Counted from the first letter of the whole stretch, positions 12,050-23,646 are shown. The stretch: DNA of 58,557 nucleotides, filler included, from Sphacelaria rigidula (GCA_964200075.2; 10 parts of 10 records of this genome joined end to end with filler, not necessarily neighbours in it); one strand, 5' to 3'. Numbers and translations are program-made. The notes: generated by a model from the letters alone, not told the origin.

Positions 12050-15000
12050 CCTGTTCCTTGGTTGTAGGAAAGATAGTACCGATCTGACAAACATACACTC
12101 CTTTGCCCCTCCGGCCATAGCCACATGCTCGGCCTCGGTGGTTGACAGGGTAACGCAGTGTTGCGTTCGACGAGTACTCAATACTGCTATGCCTCCATAC
12201 ATTACCGCTTCCCCGGAAACGGATCGCCTGTCTATCTCTTCCTTGGCGTAGTCAGCATCACAACAGACTGAGAGCACACTTTCCGCTGAACTGAACGTCA
12301 GACCGTAGGTTTTAGTCGTATTCAGGTATACCAGGACTTTCAACACCCCTCGCTAGTGTCTTTCGCATAAGTCATGTGATTGACGGACCAGACCCTAGGC
12401 TGCATTTGCTATGTCGGGCCTGGTTACCCCAACCAATCACATCAGCCCCCCTACGGCACTCCGGTATGGTCTATCTACCACCTTGTCTCCTTGCTTAACC
12501 AGTCCTAAGTCTGCTGATACTGGGGCAGGACTTCAAAACGCTTCAGCATGGTGTCGATATATGTCGTCTGAGTTACATACATGGTACCTCTTTTCCAGTC
12601 CCTCTCTATAGCACACCCCATATATCACTGGACTTCACCTAGATTGTTCGTCGGAAATGTTTTGTTGAGAATATCACAGGCTTTCTTCACTCTTCTTGTT
12701 TCACTCCCAATCAGGGTGTCGTTTACAGTATGACACATACACTCCCCCCTTCCTCTTGCTTGTATACACACGGGTCAACTTTGCTTTGTGATATCCCTGC
12801 ATCCTCCATCAATGTGTTGTTCAGGAGGAGGGACCATTGCCTCCCTGCTTGCTTGATGCCGTAAGTGGATTTCTGCAGTCTAGCTGAGCTACCCGTAAAG
12901 GGGCCACACCCGTGTGGGAGCTTCATGAACACATTCGTGTTCATTTTTGCTCGTACAAAGGCCTGAGTAACGTCGAAGTGATACGGTGGTCATCCTCTCT
13001 GGACCGCCACGGTCATGACCAATTTTATTGACGTCATGGCTGGGGTGGCTGCAAACGTCTCGAAATAGTCAACCGCGAATCTCTGGCCAAATTCACGCCC
13101 TACAAGTCTCGCCTTCGCTTTGGTGATTGCCCCGTTAGCGTCAGTTTTCCAACTGAATGTCCATTCTGCCGTAATAATGTTTACTCCTTCTGGGATTTCC
13201 TTTCTTGAAAATGTGCCGGCGGTTTCATGCCCATTCAGTTCTGTCCTCTGATTTTTCCACTTTTTCTACTGTTACGGGGGGTTTTCGACCTCTCTCACGT
13301 GAAGACCGGTGGGGGAACGCAAAGCAAAGCTGGGCTCTGCTTCTGTTTCGTTTTCGGCCGCAAAACAAAAATACTCCTGCTCCGCAAAAGTCTCCTCGAT
13401 CAGCACGGCCGCGCTCCCTCCTACCTCTGGTCCGGCTGCCGCAGTGATCAGGTTCATCACCCCGCACCTATCCTCCGCTATTCCGTACAGTACAGTTTCC
13501 GCTTGAGCCCTCGCTTGAGCCCTCGCCATCTCGCGGGAAAAATCTTCTTCTCTTTCCCACGCCCGTATTTCCTCCAGCTCCTCTGCTGCCGATGCTAGCT
13601 CGTTCCGGTCGGCTGCCGCCCTTGTCGCACTGCGCGTGCGGCCTGCCAGTTGCGGAGGCAGAGACAACTCATCGTCACGTGCAAGACGGCGTAGCTCCGT
13701 CCTTGGGAGTTCGGGAGCTCCACCGCCCCCCCCGTCGTTGCGCTCGGGGGTGGCGACGGTTGTCGGCGACAATTTTGGCTGGGTATTTGTTGGTGGTACT
13801 GCAGGTGAATGCGGTGCCGAGGATGCGGGTGGCTGTTCTGTCGTTGTTGTCGGTGCTGAGGCTGTCGGCGTTGTCGGCGGCGATGTCGGCGCTACGGCTG
13901 TCGGCGTTGTCGGCGGCGATGTTGGCGCTGCGGCTGTCGGCGTTGTCGGCGGCGTTGTCGGCGCCACGGCTGTCGGCTTTGTCGGCTACGCGGCTGTCGG
14001 CGTTATCAGTGGTGTTGTCGGCGCCCTCGACAGCGGCAGTGTGGGCGGCGCCGAGCCCCGGTTGTCGATGAGATGTTGAACTGGGGTTTTTCAAATCCCC
14101 TGCCCCCCCCCCGCCTCTGCAAGGAGGCGGCAAGGTAATCTCACCCCCCCCCGTCAATAGCGGGAGTCTGCGGTGTGGCGTCGTCTGCGTCTCGTTCGGG
14201 GTTGGGGAGCGAGAACGACACGCGACGTGGACCGCGTGATGGAGCACGCGCCACCGGGGGTTGCTCCGTGGACTCGCTGCCGGCCGGCTCTCATTCGATT
14301 TGGTCATCTCCTGGCCGGCCCTCCGTGGACTCGCTCCCCCGGGCATCGGGATCGCTTGTGCTCGTGTATGAGTCGATCTTGGGATGGGCCGTCGTAGTCC
14401 TTTCCCTTCCGAGCATCCTCGGCACGGTCTCAACTTGCCGCGCAGCTCCACTCCGGGCTGCTTCGCTGCCTGCCGGAGCAGGTCCTCGTGGACGTGCGCG
14501 TGGGAGCAGTGGAAGTCGTTGATATCATCAACTTGGGGGTGAGGTAGTTCCCCCGGGGCAATCACAGCTCATGCTGACGCATGCTTGTCATGACCGTTTG
14601 GATAGATGCGTTGGACGTACATTTTCAATATTCTGTGCTGACCGGGGATTTACAGGGTGTTGCCTGAGTTCAACTCAACCCGGAAGCCGTTACTAGACCT
14701 AATGTAGGTGTGTCCTGCATTAGAGACCCTGGTCAATGACAACAGATGGTGATGGACGTAAGGTGCGTGGTCTACATTAGTCAAAAGTAAGGGTACATCA
14801 CGTTCGTCATATCGTAAAGAGAGAGTCAAACTACCACTCCCCACGATCGGGTAGGTACCGCCGCCCGCACATCGCAGTACCCTATTACTACATTTTCTGT
14901 AATCCGTGATCTTACTCGAATCAGGTGAAAAATGCAAAATGGCCCCCGTGTCAAGCACCCACGGTTCGCCCCCATCTGACTGCTCTACACCCCCCATCCC

Positions 15001-16600
15001 AGTGACAAACGCACACTCGCCTGTATTGTCTTCGGCCATCGTCATACCGACCCTGGTGAACGCTTCTGCATCAGCATCCGAACATACGGGTTCGTCGTCG
15101 ACAAAGTCTTCCACCATGCCCATCACCCTCGCCGTGTCCTCTGCAGTACTTTGACAGCCAATCAGCTGATGTCCTCTTCTACCGCACCTACCGCAATACC
15201 TGTCTGAACAGTCTCTAGCTCGATGTGTAGTTGTCTTCTGACAAACGTGGCATCTCCACGTCGTCGCAGCCCCGACTGGCTCGTTGACGATGAAGCCGGC
15301 GACTGGCTGTTTTTGCCCTGGCCCCCGTCGCCTCCGCGGCCTGGGTCCTGGGTCTTTCTCGGTTTGCCTCTCCGGCGTGAGCGGTTAGGTTTGCCGAGTT
15401 GCCCCTTGACGGCAAGGGCCTGGTCGCCTGAGGAAACCTTCTGCCCCTTGGCGAGTTCATGCTTGAAAAGTGCCGATTCGAAACGTTTTCAAACCGACGC
15501 CAACACGATTCCCTCGTGAGTGGCCCCTCACGCTCCTCCAGCGCTTGTTTCTGGTAATTATGCTCACAGGGAAGCGCATTACCAAATTCGAGCAGGGTTT
15601 GCGCCTCCGCCAGGGTGATGTTGGTGTCGTGTGATTGCGACTCTCTCGTCGCCTCTTCCATCTCGATCAATGTTTGAACCGGATCATCGCGAACGCCAAT
15701 CTTCACATGGTCATACTTGTCCAATAGTGCTAACCTAGCCCGGTTGGTCTTGGGACTGCAAAACTCATTTCACTCACGCCACATAGCTGCAGGAGACGAA
15801 ATTCGGAACAGGGTATCTCGGTCCCATTTGTGTCCTAGGCTTGCTGCCAACATCTCCCTCGCTCTGATGTTTGCAGCTACCGTGCCCTTTCCATGCCTTG
15901 CTTCAAGATAACTCACGGACACCGCCGTGTTCCTTACACATCGTACAAACTATCGTCCGACATGGTGAATACCCAGTCAATTGCTTCACTTCTAGCAATA
16001 CTGGTGAGCTCGTGTTTGTAGTGGTTGAACTCTGAACGTTTTCCAGAGAACTTGGACACAGTAGCCTTGAAAACCGGCACCGCAAAAACATCTTGGACAA
16101 TTGGTCTATCATGACCAAACACTGCGACGGATTCACTTGCGGTGTCTACACCCCTTGCTCTGTCGCTTGCTGTCCTGTGGTCGCTCCCGCTCGGAGCTCC
16201 CTGCTCGCCGTCGTCGCTACGTCTTTGGCCTTGAGGTGTGCTGTGGTTGGCTGAGCTGTCAGCCCGGTGTCGTTGTGTTGCTTGATTTTCTTCGCTTTCG
16301 ATGACGCCACTTCATCGCGCGCCCCCGGACTCTTGATCTTCTACGCCATCTACTCGACCCTGTAATACAGTTTGCTTACACTTTACGTCTCTAACTAGAT
16401 CGGTTAATGGACTAAACTGATCACTGAAGAGGCTCATCATGTGTCAAAGATGATTCGCCAGCCCGTCTATCTTTTCTTCAGAAGACGAAACGTTACCATC
16501 GTTCCTGGCCATACTCGCCCAATCGATAGATCACTAATGTATTCCTTGGCTCAGGCTTGAGGTAATGCAGTGAGTCTTGCTTTATATAACCCGCTGTGTG
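12050..16600 (-). mobile_element. Ty1/Copia LTR retrotransposon, degenerate, integrase core deleted, RNase H interrupted
   Basis: Gag (15215-16130, DKYDHVKIGVRDDP), protease WVLDTGAILHF (ORF 14650-15126), GAG-pre-integrase HCSHAHVHE...CRGCSEGK, RT (STYGIKQAGRQW, SKVDPCVY), RNase H CDADYA...STTEAEH. Colinear with 29331-35096; many stops and frameshifts. Confidence 0.95.
13850..14025 (-). repeat. 30-nt coding tandem repeat (PTTPTA[A/V]APT[S/T]P)n in the Copia integrase-RT linker
   Basis: Repeated ggctgtcggcgttgtcggcggcgatgtcggc-type units on the + strand; ORF 13272-13967. Confidence 0.85.
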
Positions 16601-17598
16601 TTCGACATTTGTGCCAACGGATGACCGATACCCCAAAGGCTCCCTCAGCTAAGTGTCACATGTTTTCGGCTTTGACAACTCTGGATTTTGCTTTTCGGCG
16701 TGTGCGAAAATGGGTGACCGATACCCCGGGCTCCCTCAGTACGCGTCGCGCGGCGATTATCGCTGCACGGTCCTGGGCTTCAAGTGACCACTGCTGCCGC
16801 TCCAAGACCCTATACCGCGAGCTATCTCGTCGGTCTTTACACCGGTATGAGTTTTTGCATGTACCACCTCAATAATGGAAATGGTGTCTTCTTCATCGTT
16901 ATGCCTTGGTGGGCCACTTGACACATAATCATATGAAAACCTACTGCGAGTGTCGCCTGCCTTTTGGTATTCGTTCGACCGTGGATATGACAGTCCCAGT
17001 TGCCTACGGGATAGCCTGTTCCATGTGGGTTTCCAGAGTGGTTGATCATGAGACCGTCCGGATCACGCGTTGATCTTGACGGAGGACTGTAGGATATTTG
17101 TGTTTCATGCTCGTGGGTTGATAGTACGACCATCCGGGTCACGCGCTAATACTGCAGGCCGTAGTGTCAAGCTAGGCACCTCCCACGTTGATTCAGGTTT
17201 TTTCTGCTTCCTTTGTGTGTACCAGAGACTGGATGATGGCGCACCCGCGCGGGTCATGCGCTGAGGCTGACTTCCGTCGTTTGACAGGCTAGGCTACCCC
17301 TCCCTTGTTTTTTTGCGTTGTTTGTCTCACCCTCTCTTTGTGGTTTGGTGTTGATGAGACAGCCATGAGGCAAAGTAAAAGCCATGGCTGTCTATGGAAG
17401 TGGCGATACCAGATAATAAAGCAACTCATTGTAGGCTGGCACCCAAATGCAAGATATTCAGTAGGCTTCGGGCCGAACAATCTTAGCAGGATGCAACTNN
17501 NNNNNNNNNNNNNNNNNNNNNNNNNNNNNNNNNNNNNNNNNNTTAATTAATTAANNNNNNNNNNNNNNNNNNNNNNNNNNNNNNNNNNNNNNNNNNNN

Positions 17599-17684
17599 AA
17601 CCCGAACATCAGGCGCTGTATGGCCGTTTTTTTCGTGACACTTTTAGCTGGTTTCTGCGGGGGGCTATCGTAGAAAGTGTCAGC
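17599..17684. mobile_element. Right end of the TIR MITE family also at 20310-20572 and 21961-22204
   Basis: aacccgaacatcaggcgctgtatggcc...gggggctatcgtagaaagtgtcagc matches the right ends of the two full copies. Confidence 0.8.
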
Positions 17685-19251
17685 TAATCCCGGGATTCCC
17701 TTCTCCCGATGACTCCTTCTTGACCAGTCCTTTCAGGGAGAATGGTAAAGAGGTACTCGACCAAAATGATAGTAAATATGCATGAATCTGGGTAAAATCT
17801 TTTTACTATAGGAAGCGTATGAGGGCAAGCGCAGCCCTGATTTCAGCGGCAGCAAACGTGGGGTGAACTACCGGGTCCGATGGCATCTTAGATCATGTTG
17901 AGATGATGTTATGGGTACCACTGAGCTACTCTAGCACAGTTGGCGTGATCACGGTCACTATTGTGTACCGTCAAAACTGTGAGATGGCAACGCCTCTGCC
18001 CCCGGTTTATATGCACAAAACAACATGATAGCTGTGACGCGCGGCATGAGCTGAGCAGGTCAGTTTTCAAGATGTATGCCAAGATTACATTGCGGGAGAA
18101 CCGAACGTCAACATTTTCCGCCGCATCGTTGTATGCGATACATGAAGTAGATACAGCTGAAGACGATAATAGAGAAGAGCTTTTCGTCGCAAATCTTGCG
18201 TTCGCCTTGTGGGGAAAGGACAAGATAATGTTCTTGTGTCGCCCTCATACTTATTGTAGTATTCACTCGTTCGCCACAGCAGAGAACGAACCCACACGGG
18301 TGACCACTAGGGTGCCTGTAACCTAAAATCGGACGTTACAGACGTTGCACAACGTTGGTAACGTCGAAAATTTAGCATACAGGCACCCACCCCAGTGGCT
18401 ACTCTTGCAACGTAGCAGTGGGGTGCATTGATTTCCTTGAAAAACGTCCACTGACACAACATACATGATGTTCACGAGCTATCCCAGGGAACTAGCTGTG
18501 CCCTCCGAATTGAACATTGCCCGGAGCTAACGCACCAGACAACAACGGCTATCGCAGGAGCAGAGGTGTACTACCACAGATCATCCTCCAGTAATATGAT
18601 CGAGGTATCCATTTTTATCTGCCTCCGACGCCGCCGAATACTTTTTGGCACCCTAAGATTCTCACACGCTTCCGTTCGCAGCCGGGTTACCCGGAAGAGG
18701 CAAAGTTGGGCATTTCTCCACTGTGGAGGTGGCAAGAGGAGGCATCCAAATAACCTGTACTCGTACTCAAGCCGTGGCTGAGACAGGGGGTCTACGACTC
18801 TCCTATCTCTGGGTGATTCGGTCTGTACATGACAGCCCAACACGAACGCAACAGACACGAGCACAAAATGGAGACGACGCCGATATATGGAAGACAACGT
18901 TCTTCAGGGTAGAACTCCACATTTCCGAAGCGGCCAGGGGTAACGTCAAGCATGAGGCAGAAGCAAGCTCAACCCGGGGAATTGACAAAATAGCCGCCAC
19001 AAGATTCTAGACAGCATGAACGACGTACGTCCACCTGTCTTCCGATAGTGAATGAATTTAGCAGCACGACTATTAATTTATGATGAGCACATCGGCACGG
19101 TATATGGAACATAATCTGAAGATCAGCACGATATATGGAACATAATCTGAAGCGCCGTCATACGCCACGAGGCGAAATATGGCGCATGTGATCTACACCG
19201 GACAACAGCAGCAATAGTCTTCAAGTGTAGGCTTCATGATGGAAAATGTCT

Positions 19252-22200
19252 TCAAATATAGTCTTGATGAAGAACGGCGGTCTCCAAGAAGCGTCCGCTC
19301 AGAGCATCAAAGCCAAGGGTATATAGCGCCTCCAGCTCCACCTTGCTTCCTGGTCGAGCCAGATATAAAAAGGGGCAGATGTGAGTTGCGAGGCTGTGAA
19401 TCATGATAGAACTGTGCTCGAACCGACAAGCGCACTCGAGAGATGCAACGCGCAATTTCATTGCGATGCGCGCATTTTCATACGCTCCGCGTCTGTTTGC
19501 TAGATTGAAACTTTGTCGTGAACAGCACTGGAGGAGAAGCGAGTTCACTCAGATCCTTGCCTTGCAATGTATAGCCCGACACAGATACATGAACCGAAGT
19601 TCTGCAGTACACGTAAATATTCGCACATCTTGGTCACCTTTGTCATCCGTTCCTAGCCAATAGTCTACTTCTTCTCCGTAGGTGTCGGGGTTATCCGACA
19701 CCAGCTTAAGACCCCCTAGCGACCGTGCCCTGGCCATGTCCGCTGACGTGAGACGCTGGTACACCTGTATCGCATGAGCACCGGGACATTCGATAATTCA
19801 AGGCACAGTTGCCCGAGACCTTGTCAATGGCTGTAGACGTTGTGCTATTCCGCACCTTGCTGCACCCGTACTCGTCAACGATATCTCCATTTCCCACAAC
19901 CCGACTGACGATGTGAAATGCCACTATTATTTTCAGTGCTAATCGAAGAGGTGTTGGGCCTCACACACATATTGACGTCATATGCGGGTCGCCCACTGAT
20001 TGTGTTGCTAGTCGCACACGGCAGTGTAAACAAGCGGTACTTTTTCATGTCGCAAACGCACCTGGGGGGGCAAGTCGAGATGATCAAGCTGACTTGGTCG
20101 CAGCCCCACCCACTTCAGGGCAGGCACCGCATACTTTGCCGACCCAGCTCCTTGCCGATTCGACCCCAACTTGTACTGGAGTAAAACGCTCAGCCCTGCC
20201 CAGGCCCGCGGAGTTCGGGAATGCATGTGGCGATGTTTTACGAATGGAAAATCGTGCCGGGCACCCTTTTTGGAGGCAAAACGTGGGATTGAGTTCATTC
20301 CCGAGGAGAGCCGATACTTTTAACGATAGCCACCCCCCCCCCCAAAAGTGTATGGTTTTGGGAGGCAAAATCTTCACGTAAATCGAAACGGGAAAAGCCG
20401 AGCAGAACGAGCAGCTGGGAATTCTCACGCTTGGGTTTGTTCTCGCCAATGTTGCTAATATGAGGCGCTTCATGCAGCCTGAACCCAAACATCAGGCGCT
20501 GTATGGCCATTTTTTTCATGACACTTTTGGACTGTTTTTTTGGGGGGGGCTATCATCGTAGAAAGTGTCAGCCGCGACCATCAACACACGCACCGACCAG
20601 TCGGGACCGTCCAAATGCGGAGTTCCTTGAGAGACAAGCCAGGAAAGTCAAGATGGCAAAGACATGTTGAGCATATCATTGACGTGTTGTGTGTAATGCG
20701 TGAGAGGACCACGTGCTTAGAAGACCGCATCGGAATTTGAACACCCCTATGGTTAGGGTTAGGGTTAGGGTTAGGGTTAGGGTTAGGGTTAGGGTTAGGG
20801 TTAGGGTCACGGGCGTGGTACCTGTAGGGACTGACCCGATTGGTTTTGGAAAACGTCGATCCTGAGGTAGTTTGAACTACGGCGCGGTCCTCTAAGCACG
20901 CGGTCCTCTCACGCGTTACATGTGAATTCACCGCTACGCAGAGTAATAGCTACATCTCCTTGTACAAAAAACAAAAATGGGTGGCCGAGGGTCGTATACC
21001 TTGCGTATTACGAGCTGGGCCAGTCTACAAGTTCAAATTTCTCTAGCCCGCGATGGCGTTTTCAGTTTCCCGAATCAACCTGATTGACGCAGTGACTGTG
21101 AAGCGCATACCAACCTGCTTATGCACGGTGTGCCGCTAAAACCAAATGAAAACGAAATGTACTGCATCATATTTGGCATTTACAACGGACGAACCAGATC
21201 CTGCAATGACAATGTATCTGTGGGGTGATCTGTTACCGTCTACCGCTAGCGTGTCGGCTGTATGCTACCTAAAAAATTCTCCCTCAGTCTCACCAAAGGG
21301 GTTGCAGTCGACGAGGCCGAGAACAGGCAGATCTAGTGCTTCGGCAAGTCGGTACACGCAGGCGCGCACCGCAAGCGGCGGAAAGCCCTGCCCAGTCACG
21401 AGAACGCAGGGGATCCTACCACGAGATTGAAGTCGAGTCACGCGCGTGGAGGCGTCAAAACGACGAATAAGCAACCGCCCCGTCAGGGTTATCAAAGCGC
21501 CCCCTCTACTACTGTATAAACACTGGATTTTACAAATCGGGGATGGATTACAAATCGGGGATGGATTTTGTTTTTGAGGGTGAGAAACCTAGAGAAATAA
21601 AATCTTCGTATCCACACCAAATCTTCGAAATATGGTTCCATTATGCAGTCTTACATGTCAACATAGCGAGCAGAACGTGCCTCATGCTCGAACAAGGCAG
21701 CCACCGTGAACCTCCCGTACCAAGTCGCTGTACATGAAACCTTACAACGTCGTACACAGCGTTCATTTGCCCTCAACACGGTCGAAGTGTAACGTTTTAT
21801 TTTACGTTACACGTCACAAATGTAAATTATATTATTCGTTACAGGCCACAAAAACGTTCCATTTCTTCACTTGCTGGTAGCTATTGACAACTACTACTAC
21901 ACACCATAGAAATTTGGATTTCGTTTACCAAAATGTTGGGGTCCTAGATGAAAAACCTTTGACACTTTCTACGATAGCCACCCCCCACCAAAAGTGCATG
22001 GTTTTGGGAGGCAAAATCTTCACGTAAATCAAAGCCGAGCACAACGAGCAGCTGGGAATTCCCACGCTCACGTTCGTTCTCGCCATTGTTGCCAATATGA
22101 GGCGCTTCATGCAGCCTGAACCCAAACATCAGGCCCTGTATGGCCATTTTTTTCATGACACTTTTGGGCTGTTTCTTTGGGGGGGGGCTATCGTAGAAAG

Positions 22201-22600
22201 TGTCCATATATGGGGAATTTCGGCGATTTGATCGGATCATCTCAATTCCCCAAAATTATTCCTTCACCTAGGACCCCAACATGTCGGTTATCAGGATCCG
22301 AATGCGTATGCGAGCAGCCCCCAGTGCCGCACAATGCTTTGTTGGAGTTGATAGTGGCCCACTGTATGAAACCACGCTTTCGGGGACCACAGATTCTCCA
22401 ACCACAAAGCACCAGTAGCACTACCAGTACCTATCGGGGAAGCCGTCTTCCACCATGCGGTTGAAAACCCCATCCTTTTCCACCACCACAACATATCTTG
22501 CATCGGATCGGAGCTCGAGCGGACGCGTCAACCAGTCCGCGTTGATGGCCAAGCCAGACGTACCGCCGGTAGAGCCGGGACTTTGCCAGTCTTCGAAGCC
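19252..22600 (-). CDS. SPO11-2: Meiotic double-strand-break protein SPO11-2 (TOPRIM half), 5'-truncated; exons 22600-22431, 21415-21294, 20195-20062, 19764-19638, 19349-19252
   Basis: Spliced translation ...ARYVVVVEKDGVFNRMVEDGFPDRIPCVLVTGQGFPPLAVR...LPVLGLVDCNPFGLSVLLQYKLGS...LKWVGLRPSQL...SKVELEALYTLGFDALSGRFLETAVLHQDYI*. It has the VEK, GxGxP, DxNP, WxGL and ExEAL motifs; DxN and the C-terminal ...YI fit SPO11-2. All GT-AG, phases consistent. Confidence 0.92.
20310..20572. mobile_element. ~260-bp MITE with GCTGACACTTTCTACGATAGCCACCCCC-type TIRs (SPO11 intron)
   Basis: gccgatacttttaacgatagccaccccc ... gggggggctatcatcgtagaaagtgtcagc; interior near-identical to 21961-22204. Confidence 0.85.
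20692..20920 (+). mobile_element. 229-bp TG...CA MITE (Ginger/TDD-like) containing (TTAGGG)9
   Basis: ~37-bp TIR tgtaatgcgtgagaggaccacgtgcttagaagaccgc / gcggtcctctaagcacgcggtcctctcacgcgttaca; TGTG duplicated at 20688-20691 and 20921-20924; telomeric array at 20753-20806. Confidence 0.88.
21961..22204. mobile_element. Second full copy of the GACACTTTCTACGATAGCC-TIR MITE
   Basis: gacactttctacgatagcc...ggctatcgtagaaagtgtc; colinear with 20310-20572. Confidence 0.85.
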
Positions 22601-22635
22601 CTGTTTTTGAAGAGTCAATATATGTGTACAGTAGA

Positions 22636-22847
22636 TGTCATGCGTGAGGGGACCGTGTGCTTTTTGGAGCGCATCAGGGCTCAAAAACACCCCGAGACGG
22701 ACGTTTTTCAAGACCGCCCGGGCCAGTCCCTGCAGGGCCCGTGCTCCTGACCCTAACACTAAAACTAACCCTGACCCTAACCCTAACCACGGGGGTATTT
22801 AAACTCCGATGCAATCCAAAAAGCACGCGGTCCGCTCACGCATTACA
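22636..22847 (-). mobile_element. Second, inverted and more diverged copy of the TTAGGG-carrying TG...CA MITE
   Basis: TIRs tgtcatgcgtgaggggaccgtgtgctttttgga / tccaaaaagcacgcggtccgctcacgcattaca; degenerate (CCCTAA)n at about 22746-22787; flanks gtaga/gtagg. Confidence 0.85.
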
Positions 22848-23504
22848 GTAGGTGTATTTTTTTTTGTGTGTGTTTGCAAACTGCGATGACCCTGTCTTTG
22901 GCTCCTGTCAATACTACACCCAGTGGTCAGAGTACTACTGTACTGCAGTACGAAGGTGTAAATAACGGGCCTACATGCGTCACTTACGCTTGGACATGAT
23001 TCACTCAACCACCAACCATCACACAGGAACAGGTGAGAGTCAAAAACTGGGTTAACCCTTGGACCGCGACGGTAGCCTATCTGCATCATTCATAGTTTTT
23101 CCAAGTGAATTTTCATCGATTCAACAGATGACAATGAGGTTCAACTCAAAAGCCGTGCTTTCCCTGACCTGAATTCATGACCAATGACTTTCATATGGAC
23201 CACCCCATCCCTCTCGACCTCCCTAAACTATTTCGAGGGATTTCTAGTCTTCCGTTTCCCCAAAGGGTATGTGCGAAAGCACGGTTTGGGATACAAAAAA
23301 AACAACAAATTGTGAGAATTGAGGTTTAACTTCGAGATGAGGCTCAAGCTTAAAACAGTGCTTTNNNNNNNNNNNNNNNNNNNNNNNNNNNNNNNNNNNN
23401 NNNNNNNNTTAATTAATTAANNNNNNNNNNNNNNNNNNNNNNNNNNNNNNNNNNNNNNNNNNNNCAGACTATAAATCCCATTTATGGTGAATTTTAATAT
23501 GAAG

Positions 23505-23562
<58 letters not shown>

Positions 23563-23646
23563 CTCTCGAATCGCTTCGAGATTCGAACCCACGACCCAAG
23601 TGTCATAAGGTTTCGTGGCTACCAACTGAGCCACCGGGGCGACCGG
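23505..23646 (-). mobile_element. tRNA-derived SINE head with (GTT)n tail
   Basis: Minus strand ccggtcgccccggTGGCTCAGTTGGtagccacgaaaccttatgacacttgggtcgtgGGTTCGAATCtcg: Pol III A and B boxes, no intact cloverleaf; followed by about 19 GTT units (AAC on +, 23505-23562). Confidence 0.75.

Noticed and set aside
17900..19010. Plus-strand gene convergent with SPO11-2
   Set aside because: Short ORFs and isolated splice-like sites could not be joined into a coherent frame.
20753..20806. True telomere or chromosome-fusion scar
   Set aside because: Only 9 units, inside a TIR element with a TSD in an intron.
23563..23646. Functional tRNA genes (also 35410-35525, 46493-46575, 52603-52660)
   Set aside because: A and B boxes are present, but acceptor and anticodon stems do not pair into a cloverleaf; treated as SINE heads.
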